In this document: piece after piece, positions 9,501-19,396 of the stretch | Layout of the letters: every line of letters starts with the position of its first letter | Position numbering within the stretch: the stretch's first letter is position 1 | DNA from: an uncultured Acidobacteriota bacterium | GTDB lineage: Bacteria; Acidobacteriota; Thermoanaerobaculia; Gp7-AA8 | Assembly (NCBI GenBank): GCA_963741955.1 | Contig: CAVUKB010000007.1 | Location: 352,001-416,000 of the forward strand | DNA length: 64,000 nucleotides | Reading direction: 5' to 3' | Program-made: the position numbers and the translations under genes | The notes under the pieces: generated by a model | What the model was told of the DNA's origin: nothing | The model's input: only the letters and a program-made list of their open reading frames with translations | Database searches by the model: none

Positions 9501-11354
9501 CTCTTCGACGAACGCGAAGTCGCGGATGCGCACCGGTTCCGGCGCGCCGGTGGGGCGGACCTCGAACGGCTCTGCGAGCTCCACCCTCAGCCCGAGGTTC
9601 TCCAGGCGCGGCACGATGTCGGAGAGCGAAAGAGGAGAGCCGCGGTGCATGAACTTGCAGCGGATCCCCTTGGCCGGGCCGTTCTCGTCGTACAGATCCA
9701 CCACCAGCTCGCTGGTTTCGAGGACCTTCTCGATGTTCCCGATGTCGTGAACCGCTTCCTCTGCGGCGAAACGTTCGCGATAACCGGCGGGGAACGCGTC
9801 ACGGTAACGGCGATGGATCTCGATCCCGGCCTCCTCACCGTGGACGCGAATCAGAGCATCGCGAAGGTGATCGCTCCAGGTCCGTGCCGCTTCGGCAATC
9901 TGTGCCTCCAGCAGTTTCGCATCGACTTCCGGGACCTCACCCGGCGAAGTCTTGATGATGTAGTGCGCCCGCGCCAGCGGTGACTCGGAGAGTTGGGCGT
10001 ACGCGGCGGTGGCGATTCCGTTGAATGCGCGCTCGAGAATGTCCTGGATCCGCTCGCGGACGTCGGCGTCGAAGCGGTCGCGCGGGATGTAGACGAGACA
10101 GGAGACGAAACGCTCGAAGACGTCCTGCCGCACGAACAGAGCAATCCTCAGACGCTCCTGGAGCTGGAGGATGCCGAGACTGGTGTTGTACAGCTGGTCG
10201 TCGTCCATTTGGAAGACTTCGTCGCGCGGGAGGGTCTCCAGGATGGCCGCGAGCGCCTTCCCGTCGTGGGAGGTCGGCGAGAGCCCGGCCCTTTCCAGCA
10301 CCCGTCGTGCTTTGTGGCGGAGCAGCGGGATCTGTTTGACGCTGCGGCTGTACGCTCCGGAAGTGAACAGACCGAGGAACCGGTCCTCGCCGATCACGTT
10401 ACCCTGATCGTCGAACCGCTTCACGCTGATCCGATCCATGTGTACGGGGCGATGGACGGTGCTGCGTGTATTGGCTTTGGCGACGACGAGAAGCTCTTTT
10501 CGATGTGCGAAGTGCCGCAGTTCCTGCGGGAACGGCGCGTTGCTGCGGTTCGCCGATTCCGGCCTGATGGCGCGAAGGACTCCGAGACTCGAATCGCGAT
10601 CCAGCTCCAGCCGCTCCTCTCCTCCGGTCGTGGTGAAGTGGTACCGGCGGTAACCGAGATAGACGAAGTGATCGTCATCGAGCCAGCGGAGGAACTCCAT
10701 CGCCTCGGCGATCTCTTCGAGCGGAAGTGGCGGCTTGGTTCGATTGAGCTCCTCGAGCACTTCACGCAACTTCATCCGCATCGACTGCCAGTCGGCCACC
10801 GCGGTCCGGACGTCGGAGAGGACCTTCTCGATACACTCGCGCGTCTTGCCGATGTCACTTTCGGACGTCACCTGGTCGAGCTCGACGTGAATGTAGGATT
10901 CACTGATGACCTGACCCTCCGTGGACGCGGTGTCGATGCGTCGTCCGGAGGAGTCGCGCCGGACCTGGACGATCGGATGGATCAGGACATGGATGTTCCG
11001 TTCGGAGAGATTCAGTTCCGCGGCGATCGAATCGACCAGGAACGGCATGTCGTCGTTCACGATCTCGAGAACGGTGTGCTCTGAGGTCCAGCCTTCCCGC
11101 TCGAGCGCCGGGTTGTAGAGGTGGATGTTCGGAGTGCCGGGGATGCGCTCGGCACCCAACCTCCAGAGCGACAGTGCGCTTTCGACCAGCACGTCGGGAG
11201 GGGTGTAGAGCATGTCGTCGGGAGCGACGAGCGCGTAGTATCGCCGGACGAACTCGGATGCTGCATCGGCGATTGCGGGATCGACGCGACGTCGCGCTTC
11301 CGCGGCCAGACGTTCGATCAACTCGGCTTTTCTCGGTTCTTCACTCGGTTTCAC
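6540..11354 (-). CDS. gdhB: Large NAD-specific glutamate dehydrogenase
   Basis: 1604 aa; GGIRWSDR, KNTVIVPVGSKGGF, YLVVAADKGTA, GVGDMSGDVFGNG and DNSAGVDTSDHEVNIKI. Confidence 0.96.
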   Translation of the reverse strand: MKPSEEPRKAELIERLAAEARRRVDPAIADAASEFVRRYYALVAPDDMLYTPPDVLVESALSLWRLGAERIPGTPNIHLYNPALEREGWTSEHTVLEIVNDDMPFLVDSIAAELNLSERNIHVLIHPIVQVRRDSSGRRIDTASTEGQVISESYIHVELDQVTSESDIGKTRECIEKVLSDVRTAVADWQSMRMKLREVLEELNRTKPPLPLEEIAEAMEFLRWLDDDHFVYLGYRRYHFTTTGGEERLELDRDSSLGVLRAIRPESANRSNAPFPQELRHFAHRKELLVVAKANTRSTVHRPVHMDRISVKRFDDQGNVIGEDRFLGLFTSGAYSRSVKQIPLLRHKARRVLERAGLSPTSHDGKALAAILETLPRDEVFQMDDDQLYNTSLGILQLQERLRIALFVRQDVFERFVSCLVYIPRDRFDADVRERIQDILERAFNGIATAAYAQLSESPLARAHYIIKTSPGEVPEVDAKLLEAQIAEAARTWSDHLRDALIRVHGEEAGIEIHRRYRDAFPAGYRERFAAEEAVHDIGNIEKVLETSELVVDLYDENGPAKGIRCKFMHRGSPLSLSDIVPRLENLGLRVELAEPFEVRPTGAPEPVRIRDFAFVEEQQALDVEQVKPNFEEAFLRIWHNETEDDGFNRLITLADLEWQQVVVLRTYCKYLRQTGISFSQAYMQRTMANHAEIACLLVELFESLFDPARAGEGDERADQIRGEILRKLESVTNLDEDRIIRRYLNAIDSTVRTNYYQPDAAGLRKAYLSIKISSRDLTELPLPRPLFEIFVYSPRFEGVHLRGGMVARGGIRWSDRPEDFRTEILGLMKAQTVKNTVIVPVGSKGGFVLKQAPSPGDREAFLKEGIACYQNFIRGLLDLTDNIVDGRVVHPPNVRLRDADDIYLVVAADKGTATFSDIANGISAEYDFWLGDAFASGGSAGYDHKKMGITARGAWEAVKRHFRELGRDIQTQNFTCVGVGDMSGDVFGNGMLLSEHTRLIGAFNHLHIFVDPDPDPRRSFEERKRLFELPRSSWSDYDPSLLSPGGAVFDRKAKLINISPQVMERFDLPKPQVTPNELVQAILRARADLLWLGGIGTYVKASDETDADARDRANDALRVDAPELRVKVVGEGANLGCTQRARIEFALGGGKINNDAIDNSAGVDTSDHEVNIKILLDELVRRGGLTGEQRLEVLAEMTSAVAELVLRDNYQQTQAISIAAAPGVGMLDAQARLMRSLERAGKLDRGLEFLPDDEVIVERHAAHTGLTRPEIAVLLAYSKIALYQDLLGSDLPDDPLLHEDLIHYFPPQLRERYPDAILRHRLNREIIATFVTNNMVNRVGPTFVTQLSEETGRTSVDIARAYAIVRNCFELRSIYGDIESLDNLIPAELQLRMLLEAGQLVERATRWFLKGGVTLDVSTLEAEYRPGIATLQSQLDSILSAGEIETLTAKIRELEELGVPSALARRIGSVDVASSFLDIVHIAHESGQPIEQVGKIYFALGPRFGFDRLRAAAESIVTDTPWQKAAISGVIDDLFNYQSVLAARVLQGSKKGANGEAIDHWLATRHDVTTRTDQMLNELRTIPAIDLSALTVATRQLRALIES

Positions 11355-11564
11355 GAGAGGTCTCCTCGCTCGGGAGTTTCCGCACGTTTCCTGCGCGGCA
11401 GTCGAATGGTTTTGAGAGGGCCGTGAGTCGGGAGCGGATTTCCCGTTTCAACTCTCGCTCGGTCGTCCTGCCACCTGGCATTGCGGGTCCGCACGCTCAA
11501 CGCGATGGATAGCGTACCACAAGGAAAACGGCGAAGGAGCACCGCTTTCCGAAGGGTGACCGCC

Positions 11565-12389
11565 TCATTTCAGCGCCGCGTTTCCGAGCTCTTTCGATCG
11601 CTTCGTCGCCGCTTCCACTGCATCGATCAGCGTGGTTCTCACACCGCCTCGTTCCAGGATGTGCAGGCCTGTGATCGCGGTTCCTCCGGGCGAAGTGACC
11701 ATGTCCTTGAGCAGCCCCGGATGCTCGTTCGTCTCGATCAGGAGCTTCGCCGCCCCGAGGACCGTCTGCGCCGCCAGCATCTGGGCGGTCCGGCGCGAGA
11801 GGCCGACCTTCACCCCCGCATCGCCGAGCGCTTCGATGATCAGAAAAACATAGGCGGGGCCGGAGCCGGAGAGCCCTGTGACCGCGTCGAGCTGACTCTC
11901 CTCGAGGATGATCGTCGTCCCGACAGCGTCGAAGATCCGTTTGGCGGCGGCGAGGTCATCCGGAGTGGCGTGCTCGCCTCCCGCGATCGCGGTTGCACCG
12001 GCATCGACGAGCGCTGGAGTGTTCGGCATCGCACGAACGATTCTCGTCCCGGGACGGACCCGGCTCTCCACCGCTTCGATGGGAAAGCCGGCGGCGATCG
12101 TGATCACCAGCGCGTCGGAAGGGATCAGCGTCCCGATCTGGTCGAGAACGCGCGACATGATCTGCGGCTTGACCGCGAGGATCACGATCTCGGCATCCCG
12201 GATCGCTTCGGGATTGCTGTTCGAGGTTCGGATGCCGTACTTCGCCTTCAACTCGTCGATACGCTCGACGCGTGGCCCGGAGGCGAAGATCTCCTCGGGT
12301 GTGGAGTGACCCCCGGCGAGGAGACCGCGAATGAGCGCCTCGGCCATGTTGCCGGCTCCGACCAGCGCGATCCTCTTGTTGATCTGCAT
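11565..12389 (-). CDS. proC: Pyrroline-5-carboxylate reductase
   Basis: GAGNMA, LAVKPQ, RAMPNTP, SGSGPAY and VTSPGGTA; start taken at MQIN. Confidence 0.96.
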   Translation of the reverse strand: MQINKRIALVGAGNMAEALIRGLLAGGHSTPEEIFASGPRVERIDELKAKYGIRTSNSNPEAIRDAEIVILAVKPQIMSRVLDQIGTLIPSDALVITIAAGFPIEAVESRVRPGTRIVRAMPNTPALVDAGATAIAGGEHATPDDLAAAKRIFDAVGTTIILEESQLDAVTGLSGSGPAYVFLIIEALGDAGVKVGLSRRTAQMLAAQTVLGAAKLLIETNEHPGLLKDMVTSPGGTAITGLHILERGGVRTTLIDAVEAATKRSKELGNAALK

Positions 12390-12521
12390 ACCATTCTCCC
12401 TCAGATCGAAGTTCTGAATGCCGTGCTCGGAGCGGCGGAGAATATCAGGAGCCGGAGGCATTCCCCAACCGCGGGATGACCGCGGTTCTCCGGACGGTTA
12501 CGGGAAGCGAAAGAGAGCGGA

Positions 12522-14345
12522 TTGGAACCGGACAAGAAGAAAAGAGTACGGCTGGACGTGGTCTGGCGCGAAGCGCGCGAGCTGATATGGGCGCGACGGA
12601 AGCGGCTCGCCGCCGGATTCGGCCTGATGCTCGTGAGCAGGATGGCGTCTCTGGTTCTCCCCGCGACGTCGAAGTACCTGATCGACGACGTGATCGGGAA
12701 ACAGCAGCACCATCTCCTCCCCTGGCTCGCGGCGGCCGCAGGCGGTGCGACGCTGCTCCAGGCGATCTCCTCGTTCTCGCTGTCTCAGGTTCTGGGAATC
12801 ACCGCCCAACAGTCGATCACCGAAATGCGGAGGCAGGTGCAGAGACACGTGGCCCGTCTGCCGGTATCGTATTTCGACGCCACGAAATCGGGTGTGCTGG
12901 TCTCGCGGATCATGACCGATGCGGAGGGAATCCGAAATCTGGTCGGGACGGGACTGGTGCAGCTGGCCGGCGGATTCGTCACCGCCGCTGCGGCATTCGT
13001 GGTCCTCCTCACCCTGAACTGGCAGCTGACGCTCGCGACCGTCACGGCCCTGGCGCTGTACGGAGGAGGGCTGTTCCTCGCGCTGAGGAAGATCCGGCCG
13101 CTGTTCAGGGAGCGCGGAAACATCAACGCGGAAGTGACCGGACGACTGGCGGAAAGTCTCGGCGGGATCCGGGTGGTCAAAGCCTATGCGGCGGAGAGAC
13201 GGGAGGAGCTGGTGTTCGCGCGTGGCGTGCATTCGCTGCTGCGGAATGTGGCGAAGACTGTGACGTCCGTCTCTGCACTCGGTTCGGTAACCACCATCTT
13301 CGTCGGCATGATCAGCGTGCTGATCATGATCGTCGGCGGCAAAGCGATCTTCGCCGGCACGATGACTCTCGGCGACTTCGTGATGTACGTCTTCTTCACC
13401 GGACTCCTCGCCGGACCTCTGATGACGATCGCATCGATCGGTACACAGATGATGGAGGCGTTCGCCGGACTCGATCGGATTCGAGAGGTCCTTGGCGAGA
13501 CGACCGAAGAGGAGTTCGATCGAGGAAAGCGGCCGGTGAAGGGCATACGAGGCGAGGTCACGTTCGAAAACGTCGGATTCGAATACCGCGCCGGAGTCCC
13601 GGTTCTCGAGGAGATCTCCTTTCGTGCGGCGAAGGGAACGACCACTGCACTGGTGGGACCGAGCGGATCGGGGAAGAGCACTCTGCTCGGCCTGGTCATG
13701 GCGTTCCACCAGCCGAAAGAAGGGATCATTCGAATCGACGGGCAGCCGCTGCGCGAGCTGCGCCTGCGCGAATACCGCTCGCACCTCGGGATCGTCCTGC
13801 AGGAGAACTTCCTGTTCGACGGCACCATCGCCGAGAACATCCGCTATGGCCACGCGGGAGCGACGATGGACGAGATCCGGCGGGTGGCGGCGATCGCGCA
13901 CGTCGACGAGTTCGTCGATCCCCTCGCCGAGACGTACCAGACGATCGTCGGAGAGAGGGGGATCAAACTCTCGGGAGGGCAGCGTCAGAGGATCGCGATC
14001 GCGCGGGCGATACTGGCCGATCCGGCAATCCTGATCCTCGACGAGGCGACCTCCAGTCTCGACAGCGAGAGCGAAGCGCTGATCCAGGATGGATTGCGGT
14101 CCTTGCGCAGAGGCCGCACGACGTTCGTCATCGCGCACCGCCTTTCGACCATCCGGAGCGCCGATCAGATCCTGGTTCTCGAGAAGGGAAGGATCGTGGA
14201 GAGAGGGACGCACGCGGAGCTTCTCGGACTCCACGGGCGTTACCGCCAGCTCTACGACCGGCAGTACGACTTCGAGCACGACCGCTACATCAATCCTGGT
14301 GAAGAGCTGAAAGAGACTTCCGAGATCGACGGCGTGATGTCGTGA
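12522..14345 (+). CDS. ABC exporter, fused permease/ATPase (MsbA/MdlB-like)
   Basis: N-terminal TM helices, Walker A GPSGSGKS, signature LSGGQ, Walker B ILDEAT and IAHRL. Confidence 0.95.
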   Translation: MEPDKKKRVRLDVVWREARELIWARRKRLAAGFGLMLVSRMASLVLPATSKYLIDDVIGKQQHHLLPWLAAAAGGATLLQAISSFSLSQVLGITAQQSITEMRRQVQRHVARLPVSYFDATKSGVLVSRIMTDAEGIRNLVGTGLVQLAGGFVTAAAAFVVLLTLNWQLTLATVTALALYGGGLFLALRKIRPLFRERGNINAEVTGRLAESLGGIRVVKAYAAERREELVFARGVHSLLRNVAKTVTSVSALGSVTTIFVGMISVLIMIVGGKAIFAGTMTLGDFVMYVFFTGLLAGPLMTIASIGTQMMEAFAGLDRIREVLGETTEEEFDRGKRPVKGIRGEVTFENVGFEYRAGVPVLEEISFRAAKGTTTALVGPSGSGKSTLLGLVMAFHQPKEGIIRIDGQPLRELRLREYRSHLGIVLQENFLFDGTIAENIRYGHAGATMDEIRRVAAIAHVDEFVDPLAETYQTIVGERGIKLSGGQRQRIAIARAILADPAILILDEATSSLDSESEALIQDGLRSLRRGRTTFVIAHRLSTIRSADQILVLEKGRIVERGTHAELLGLHGRYRQLYDRQYDFEHDRYINPGEELKETSEIDGVMS

Positions 14346-14569
14346 GTCTGCGAGATTCCGGCGAGCCCGCTTGGGTTCTGCCGCATGGCGAAGCGCGGCA
14401 CGGCTTTCGCCGTGCCGGCCGCGGCGGCAGCCGCGGCGCCCCTCGGCGCGCGAAGGACGCGTCTTCCTTGGGGTGTGGACGCGAAGCGTCGGTGATTCTT
14501 GCGAGGCGCTCCGCTTCTGCCGAGGACGCGGGGGGGTACTGGGGTCGCGCGCGTGCCGTGATGCGCGCG

Positions 14570-14637
14570 GCGGATTGCGAATTCGCACTCCACCCGCCGA
14601 ATGTGATCTCGCCGAGGAGTGCGGACTCGCAGTCCGC
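14570..14637. repeat. Inverted pair of GGAG-type REP-like palindromes
   Basis: GCGGATTGCGAATTCGCACTCC (14570-14591, minus copy) and GGAGTGCGGACTCGCAGTCCGC (14616-14637) are 19/22 complementary. Related copies lie at 35724 and 45061-45124. Confidence 0.7.
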
Positions 14638-14713
14638 TCGTGATTCTTCACCGGCACTCCTGACCCCCGCGTTATACTGACCTCTCGCCACAATTTGCGA
14701 AGGAGGTCCCGGC

Positions 14714-15175
14714 ATGACGATCTCTCCTCAGCCCGAGAATCCCCGACCGCGCGGATGCTGGTCGCGTCATTGGAAGTGGGCAGTCCCGGTGGGCTGCCTG
14801 ATCGTGGTGATCCTCGCCGCAGCCGCGGTTGGTGGCCTGGTTCTCGCGCTCGCCAGCTCGTTCAAGTCGTCCGATGTGTACAAGATGGCGATGACTCAGC
14901 TCCGGCACAATGCTTCCGCAGTCGAGCACCTCGGCGAGCCGATCGATCCGGGATGGTGGGTCTCCGGAAGCATGAATGTGAACGGCGCGTCGGGCTCGGC
15001 GGACCTCGAGATCCCGGTGCATGGACCGAAAGACTCCGGGAAGCTGTATCTCGAAGCGGAAAAGCACGCCGGACAATGGACGTTCAAGAGCCTGCGGGTT
15101 CAGTTCGACAAGGGAGGGAGCGTCGACCTCATGGAGACCTCACACCAGGTGAGCGGGGAGAAACTGCAGCTGTGA
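14714..15175 (+). CDS. Coa1-like (cytochrome oxidase assembly factor 1 family) membrane-anchored protein
   Basis: W..RHWKW plus a TM helix, then LGEPI..G, GSADLEIPVHGPK..G and YLEA.K..GQW; AAGGAGG RBS and TATACT -10 upstream. Confidence 0.75.
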   Translation: MTISPQPENPRPRGCWSRHWKWAVPVGCLIVVILAAAAVGGLVLALASSFKSSDVYKMAMTQLRHNASAVEHLGEPIDPGWWVSGSMNVNGASGSADLEIPVHGPKDSGKLYLEAEKHAGQWTFKSLRVQFDKGGSVDLMETSHQVSGEKLQL

Positions 15176-15221
15176 CCCTTCGTCGATGATTCTCGATCCT
15201 CGATGCGAAAAGGGGGACGCG

Positions 15222-15752
15222 ATGAGCGATGCGGAAGTGCTGCGGACGCAGCTGCGCGAATTCCGGAGATTGAAAGATCTGGCGGAACGAGCCATGGCTC
15301 AGGTGGACGACGAAGGCTTCTTCGAGACGTTGAACGACGGGGACAACAGTATCGCCGCCATCGTGAAGCACGTGGCCGGAAACCTCCGATCGCGCTGGCG
15401 AGACTTCCTGACCACGGATGGAGAAAAGCCGGATCGGAACCGCGAGGGAGAGTTCGAGATCAGTGCCGCGGACCATCGGGCTTCACTGACCGAACAATGG
15501 GAGAGCGGCTGGCGTTTTCTCTTCCAGGCACTGGAGCCACTCGGCTCCGGCGATCTCGATCGGACGGTCACCATCCGCGGGGAGCCGCTCACCGTACTGC
15601 AGGCGACGCAACGCCAGCTGACCCACTACGCGTATCACATCGGACAGATCGTCCTTCTCGCGAAGCACCGCGCGGGTGATCGGTGGGTGACTCTGAGCAT
15701 CGCCCGAGGAAAGTCGGCCGAATTCAACCGCGATCCGGCGAAGTATCTCTGA
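15222..15752 (+). CDS. DUF1572 family (DinB superfamily) protein
   Basis: NSIAAIVKHVAGNLRSRW.DFLTTDGEKPDRNREGEF and HYAYHIGQIV. Confidence 0.9.
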   Translation: MSDAEVLRTQLREFRRLKDLAERAMAQVDDEGFFETLNDGDNSIAAIVKHVAGNLRSRWRDFLTTDGEKPDRNREGEFEISAADHRASLTEQWESGWRFLFQALEPLGSGDLDRTVTIRGEPLTVLQATQRQLTHYAYHIGQIVLLAKHRAGDRWVTLSIARGKSAEFNRDPAKYL

Positions 15753-15777
15753 GCCGCGTCGCGGCAACGGAGACGTA

Positions 15778-18700
15778 TCAGAGGTATCGGAGCTCGCGCG
15801 CAATGCGCAACGACTCCTCGAGTGCGGGCAGCGGATCGTCCGAGCTCGAGGCCGAGGTGAGCGCTTCCTCCAGCCGGGGAGGAAAACGGTGCTGGTCCGG
15901 CTGCAGCAGCCGGCGCACCAGCACCTTCGCTTCCTCCCTCTTCCCGTCGCTCGAAAGGATATCGAGAAGAGGAAAGGCGGGGACCCAGTCGAGTGGGATC
16001 TGCAGCCCCGATTCGATCCGATCGTGGAGCGACTTTCGGGTGAGCCTCTCCGCTTCCGCCCGATCTCCGTTCTTCCAGGCAATCCAGCCGAGGTTTCCTT
16101 CCCCGGTGATCACGTACTCCCGCAAGTTCGTTTCGCGGGCGAGCGCGATACTCGTATCAGTCCGGAGGCGCGACTCTTCCACCTCGCCTCGTCGGCGTGA
16201 AACGAGGCTGAGGTAGGCCGCGCTCCGGGTCCGCTGCACGAGATCGCCGGTCTTTTCGGCGATCTCTTTCCCTTCCATGAGCCACCGCTCCGCTTCGTCG
16301 AGCTCGCAACGCCAGAAGTGGATGAAGCCGAGGGCGAAGAGGGGAGCGGCAGGGGGGAATCCTTCGCTGGAGCGCCGTGCCGCTTCGACTGCCCGGCGCT
16401 GTCCGTCGACCGTCTCGTCATCGAGGAGATAGCGATCGCGCCGGAACGCGAGGAGCGAGCGGGCGTAGTAGAACGCGCACTGTTGCGCATCGCTGGCGTG
16501 GCTCTCGACGTCTCCTGCGATTGCGTTCAGCTCCGCCGACATCCCCGGCACGTCCGCTTTCCAGTAATGAACCCAGTTGCGGTCCAGGTGGAGTTGAAGC
16601 CACTCGCGCCACCAGGCGGGCGAGTCGTCCCGTCCCTTCAGCAATTCCTTTTCCGCTCTGCCGAATTCTTCGAGGGCTTCCTGCAGATGCCGCTCGGGAA
16701 TCAGAGATCTCCCGAGCTTTCGGCGGAGCCGCGCAAGCCGGAGAGATTCGAGACGTCCGTTTGCGAAGGCCTGCCGGTAGGCGGATGCCGATTCGCCATG
16801 GCGAGCGGTGAGATGAGCGATGTCGCCGAGAATCTCCAGCAGATCGCTCTCGGTCGTCGAACGTTCATCGTCGTTCATGCGGGCGGCCGACTCGAGTCCC
16901 TTCCGCGCGAGTGCTTCGCTCTCCTGGTTGGCGTACAGCCGTGCGGCGATCCGTGCGGCCCGGGTGAAGAACGCAGCGGCTTCGCCGAATTCGCGAGCCT
17001 GCTCGTACAGGAGTGCGAGCTCCGACGCGAATTCGTTCAGCCGGCTCGCGGCGAACCCTCTCAGCGCAGACGCCACCGACCGGCTGAAGCTGCTGCGGCG
17101 CGCCGGCCCGAGCCCGCCGTAGAGAGCGTTCTGATACAGGACGTGAACGAAGCGGTACCGGAGCGTCGGAGTATCGTCGGGGAGCTCGAGCTCTCCGACA
17201 TTGCGAATCAGCCCGCTCTTCTTTTCGACATCGTCGAGGAGGTCTTCGATCTCGACCTCGTCCTTTCCGAGCGCCTTCGCGACGACCGCCGAGTGAAACA
17301 GAAATCCCTCCGCCGCGGCGACACCGAGCAGCTGGCGCTGTTCCTCCGAGAGCTGATCCAGCTTCCGCTGGATCATGTTGGAGATCGACTGAGGCATGCT
17401 CGTCTCGATCGCCGGGACGTCGGTGGTCAGCCGCCATTCGCCAGCGACGCGATCGATGATGCCGCGATCCTTCATGTAACGGATCACGTCCACGATGAAC
17501 AGCGGACTTCCTTCGGTCTTCTCGTGAATCAGCTTCGAGATCTCGGGTGGGAAGTGGTGGCCCGGGAATTCACGGTCGAGGTACGACGCCACTTCATCCG
17601 CATCGAGAAAGGCCACCTCGACCTCCCGTCCCACACCGCGTGCGACGAGCTCCTGGTGCACGGTGAGGAAAGGGCCTCTGGTTCGAGCCAGCTCGGAGGG
17701 GCGGAAGCTGCTGACCAGAAGGAGGCGGAGTGATTCGTGCCTCGCGGCCAGAAACGAGATCAGGTCCGCCGTCGATGCGTCGGCCCAATGGACGTCCTCG
17801 AGCACGAAGATCAACGGAGCCATGGCCGAAGCGCGCTCGAGAAAACCGGCGATCTCCCGTTTCATCCGGTCCTGAGGCGGCGCAGCGCCGCTCTGCATCT
17901 CCCGGTCGGCAGTCGTATCGCCGGCATGGGAGAGCTGCCGCTCCCACGTGGGCGCGAACTCGCGAAGAAGCCGGCCGGCCCGCACGTCCGCACGCACCAT
18001 CGACTCCACTGCCTCGAACCACGGCAGGTACGCCTCGGTTCCCGCGAGCCGTTCCGAACATCGGCCCACTGCGATGATGCATTCACCCACGGTCGCCATC
18101 CGGTCGAGGAAGCGGTGGATCAACGTCGATTTTCCGATTCCGGGTTCCCCGGTGACCGCCACGAAACGGGATCGGCCTCTCTCCGTTTCCCGGAATTCGG
18201 CGACCAGAGTCTCCAGCTCGCGCTTTCGGCCGACCACGATCGTCTCGGCTCGCGAGCGCGACGGAGCTCGATGCGGGACAGACATCGCTCCCTGCCGTCT
18301 GCGGAGCTCCTCCTTGACCTCCGCGGCCGACGGCCGGGCGGATGGCTCCTTCTCCAGCATCCGGAGAAGCAGCGGGTCGAGATCGCCTGGTGAGTGCGGA
18401 TTCGAAAGCGAGGGAGGTGCCGCGTCGCGGGCGATGATCGCTCGTGCAGTCGCGACGTTCGAGCCGGCGGCGAACGGATGCGTTCCGGTCAGTCCCTCGT
18501 AGAGGAGAATTCCGAATGAAAAGATGTCCGTTGCCGGTCCGACCACGTCGCCGGAGGCCTGCTCGGGCGACATGTAGCGGATCGTCCCGAGGAGCATGCC
18601 GGGCGCGGTCATCATCACCGCGGTCGGCTGGTCCTGTCCGCCCGCTGCGTTGAGCTGCGCGAGGCCGAAATCGAGGAGCTTCACTGCATTGCGATCGGTG

Positions 18701-19155
18701 ATCCAGACGTTGCCCGGTTTGATGTCGCGGTGGACGATGCCCTTCCGGTGCGCGGCATCGAGCGCGTCGGCGATCTCGGTCGCGTACGAGAGCATCTCGT
18801 CGAGTGGGATCGGTCCCTCCAGCATCCGGTCGTGAAGCGTCCGCCCTTCGAGAAGCTCCATCACGAGGAAGGGGACCGGATCGGGGGAATCGCCCGGAAG
18901 ATGGCCGGGTTCGGCGACGCCGATGTCGTACAGGACGCAGATGTTGGGGTGCGACAACGCGGAGATTGCCTGAGCCTCGCGCTGGAAGCGTGCGCGATGT
19001 GTTGCATCGGACGCAAGCTCGGGACTCAGAATCTTGAGCGCGACGGAGCGGCCGAGTCTCGGGTCCGTCGCGCGATACACCTCCCCCATGCCGCCTGCAC
19101 CCAGCGGTGCCACGACTTCGTAGTGGCCGAAGCGGGAGCCTGCCTTGATCTTCAT
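15778..19155 (-). CDS. Ser/Thr protein kinase fused to AAA/STAND ATPase and TPR-like helical region
   Basis: Kinase motifs GAGGMG, VALK, HRDIKPGN, DFG, YMSPE; Walker A GEPGIGKS, Walker B EDVHWAD, GSPLF; helical C-terminus. Confidence 0.9.
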   Translation of the reverse strand: MKIKAGSRFGHYEVVAPLGAGGMGEVYRATDPRLGRSVALKILSPELASDATHRARFQREAQAISALSHPNICVLYDIGVAEPGHLPGDSPDPVPFLVMELLEGRTLHDRMLEGPIPLDEMLSYATEIADALDAAHRKGIVHRDIKPGNVWITDRNAVKLLDFGLAQLNAAGGQDQPTAVMMTAPGMLLGTIRYMSPEQASGDVVGPATDIFSFGILLYEGLTGTHPFAAGSNVATARAIIARDAAPPSLSNPHSPGDLDPLLLRMLEKEPSARPSAAEVKEELRRRQGAMSVPHRAPSRSRAETIVVGRKRELETLVAEFRETERGRSRFVAVTGEPGIGKSTLIHRFLDRMATVGECIIAVGRCSERLAGTEAYLPWFEAVESMVRADVRAGRLLREFAPTWERQLSHAGDTTADREMQSGAAPPQDRMKREIAGFLERASAMAPLIFVLEDVHWADASTADLISFLAARHESLRLLLVSSFRPSELARTRGPFLTVHQELVARGVGREVEVAFLDADEVASYLDREFPGHHFPPEISKLIHEKTEGSPLFIVDVIRYMKDRGIIDRVAGEWRLTTDVPAIETSMPQSISNMIQRKLDQLSEEQRQLLGVAAAEGFLFHSAVVAKALGKDEVEIEDLLDDVEKKSGLIRNVGELELPDDTPTLRYRFVHVLYQNALYGGLGPARRSSFSRSVASALRGFAASRLNEFASELALLYEQAREFGEAAAFFTRAARIAARLYANQESEALARKGLESAARMNDDERSTTESDLLEILGDIAHLTARHGESASAYRQAFANGRLESLRLARLRRKLGRSLIPERHLQEALEEFGRAEKELLKGRDDSPAWWREWLQLHLDRNWVHYWKADVPGMSAELNAIAGDVESHASDAQQCAFYYARSLLAFRRDRYLLDDETVDGQRRAVEAARRSSEGFPPAAPLFALGFIHFWRCELDEAERWLMEGKEIAEKTGDLVQRTRSAAYLSLVSRRRGEVEESRLRTDTSIALARETNLREYVITGEGNLGWIAWKNGDRAEAERLTRKSLHDRIESGLQIPLDWVPAFPLLDILSSDGKREEAKVLVRRLLQPDQHRFPPRLEEALTSASSSDDPLPALEESLRIARELRYL

Positions 19156-19396
19156 AGGGTCTCGAACAGAATACACGAAGGGAACGCGGGGACCCTCTCC
19201 ACCGCGCGCCGTGACAAACGCGTTCCCGCTCCGATCCGTATCATCGTCCGATCAGACTCCCGAGGCCTTGAACGACGGGGCGGGTCGAGAGGGAGCAGCC
19301 CCGTGACCTCCTCTCGTACGGACCCGCATCGAAGATCGACAGTCGATCCGCCCAATCCCTGAGCGAGATCGACCCCCTCGGCCGCTTTGTGTCGCG

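Noticed and set aside
14342-14680. 112-aa ORF overlapping the ABC transporter stop
   Set aside because: Low-complexity translation of a palindrome-rich intergenic region.
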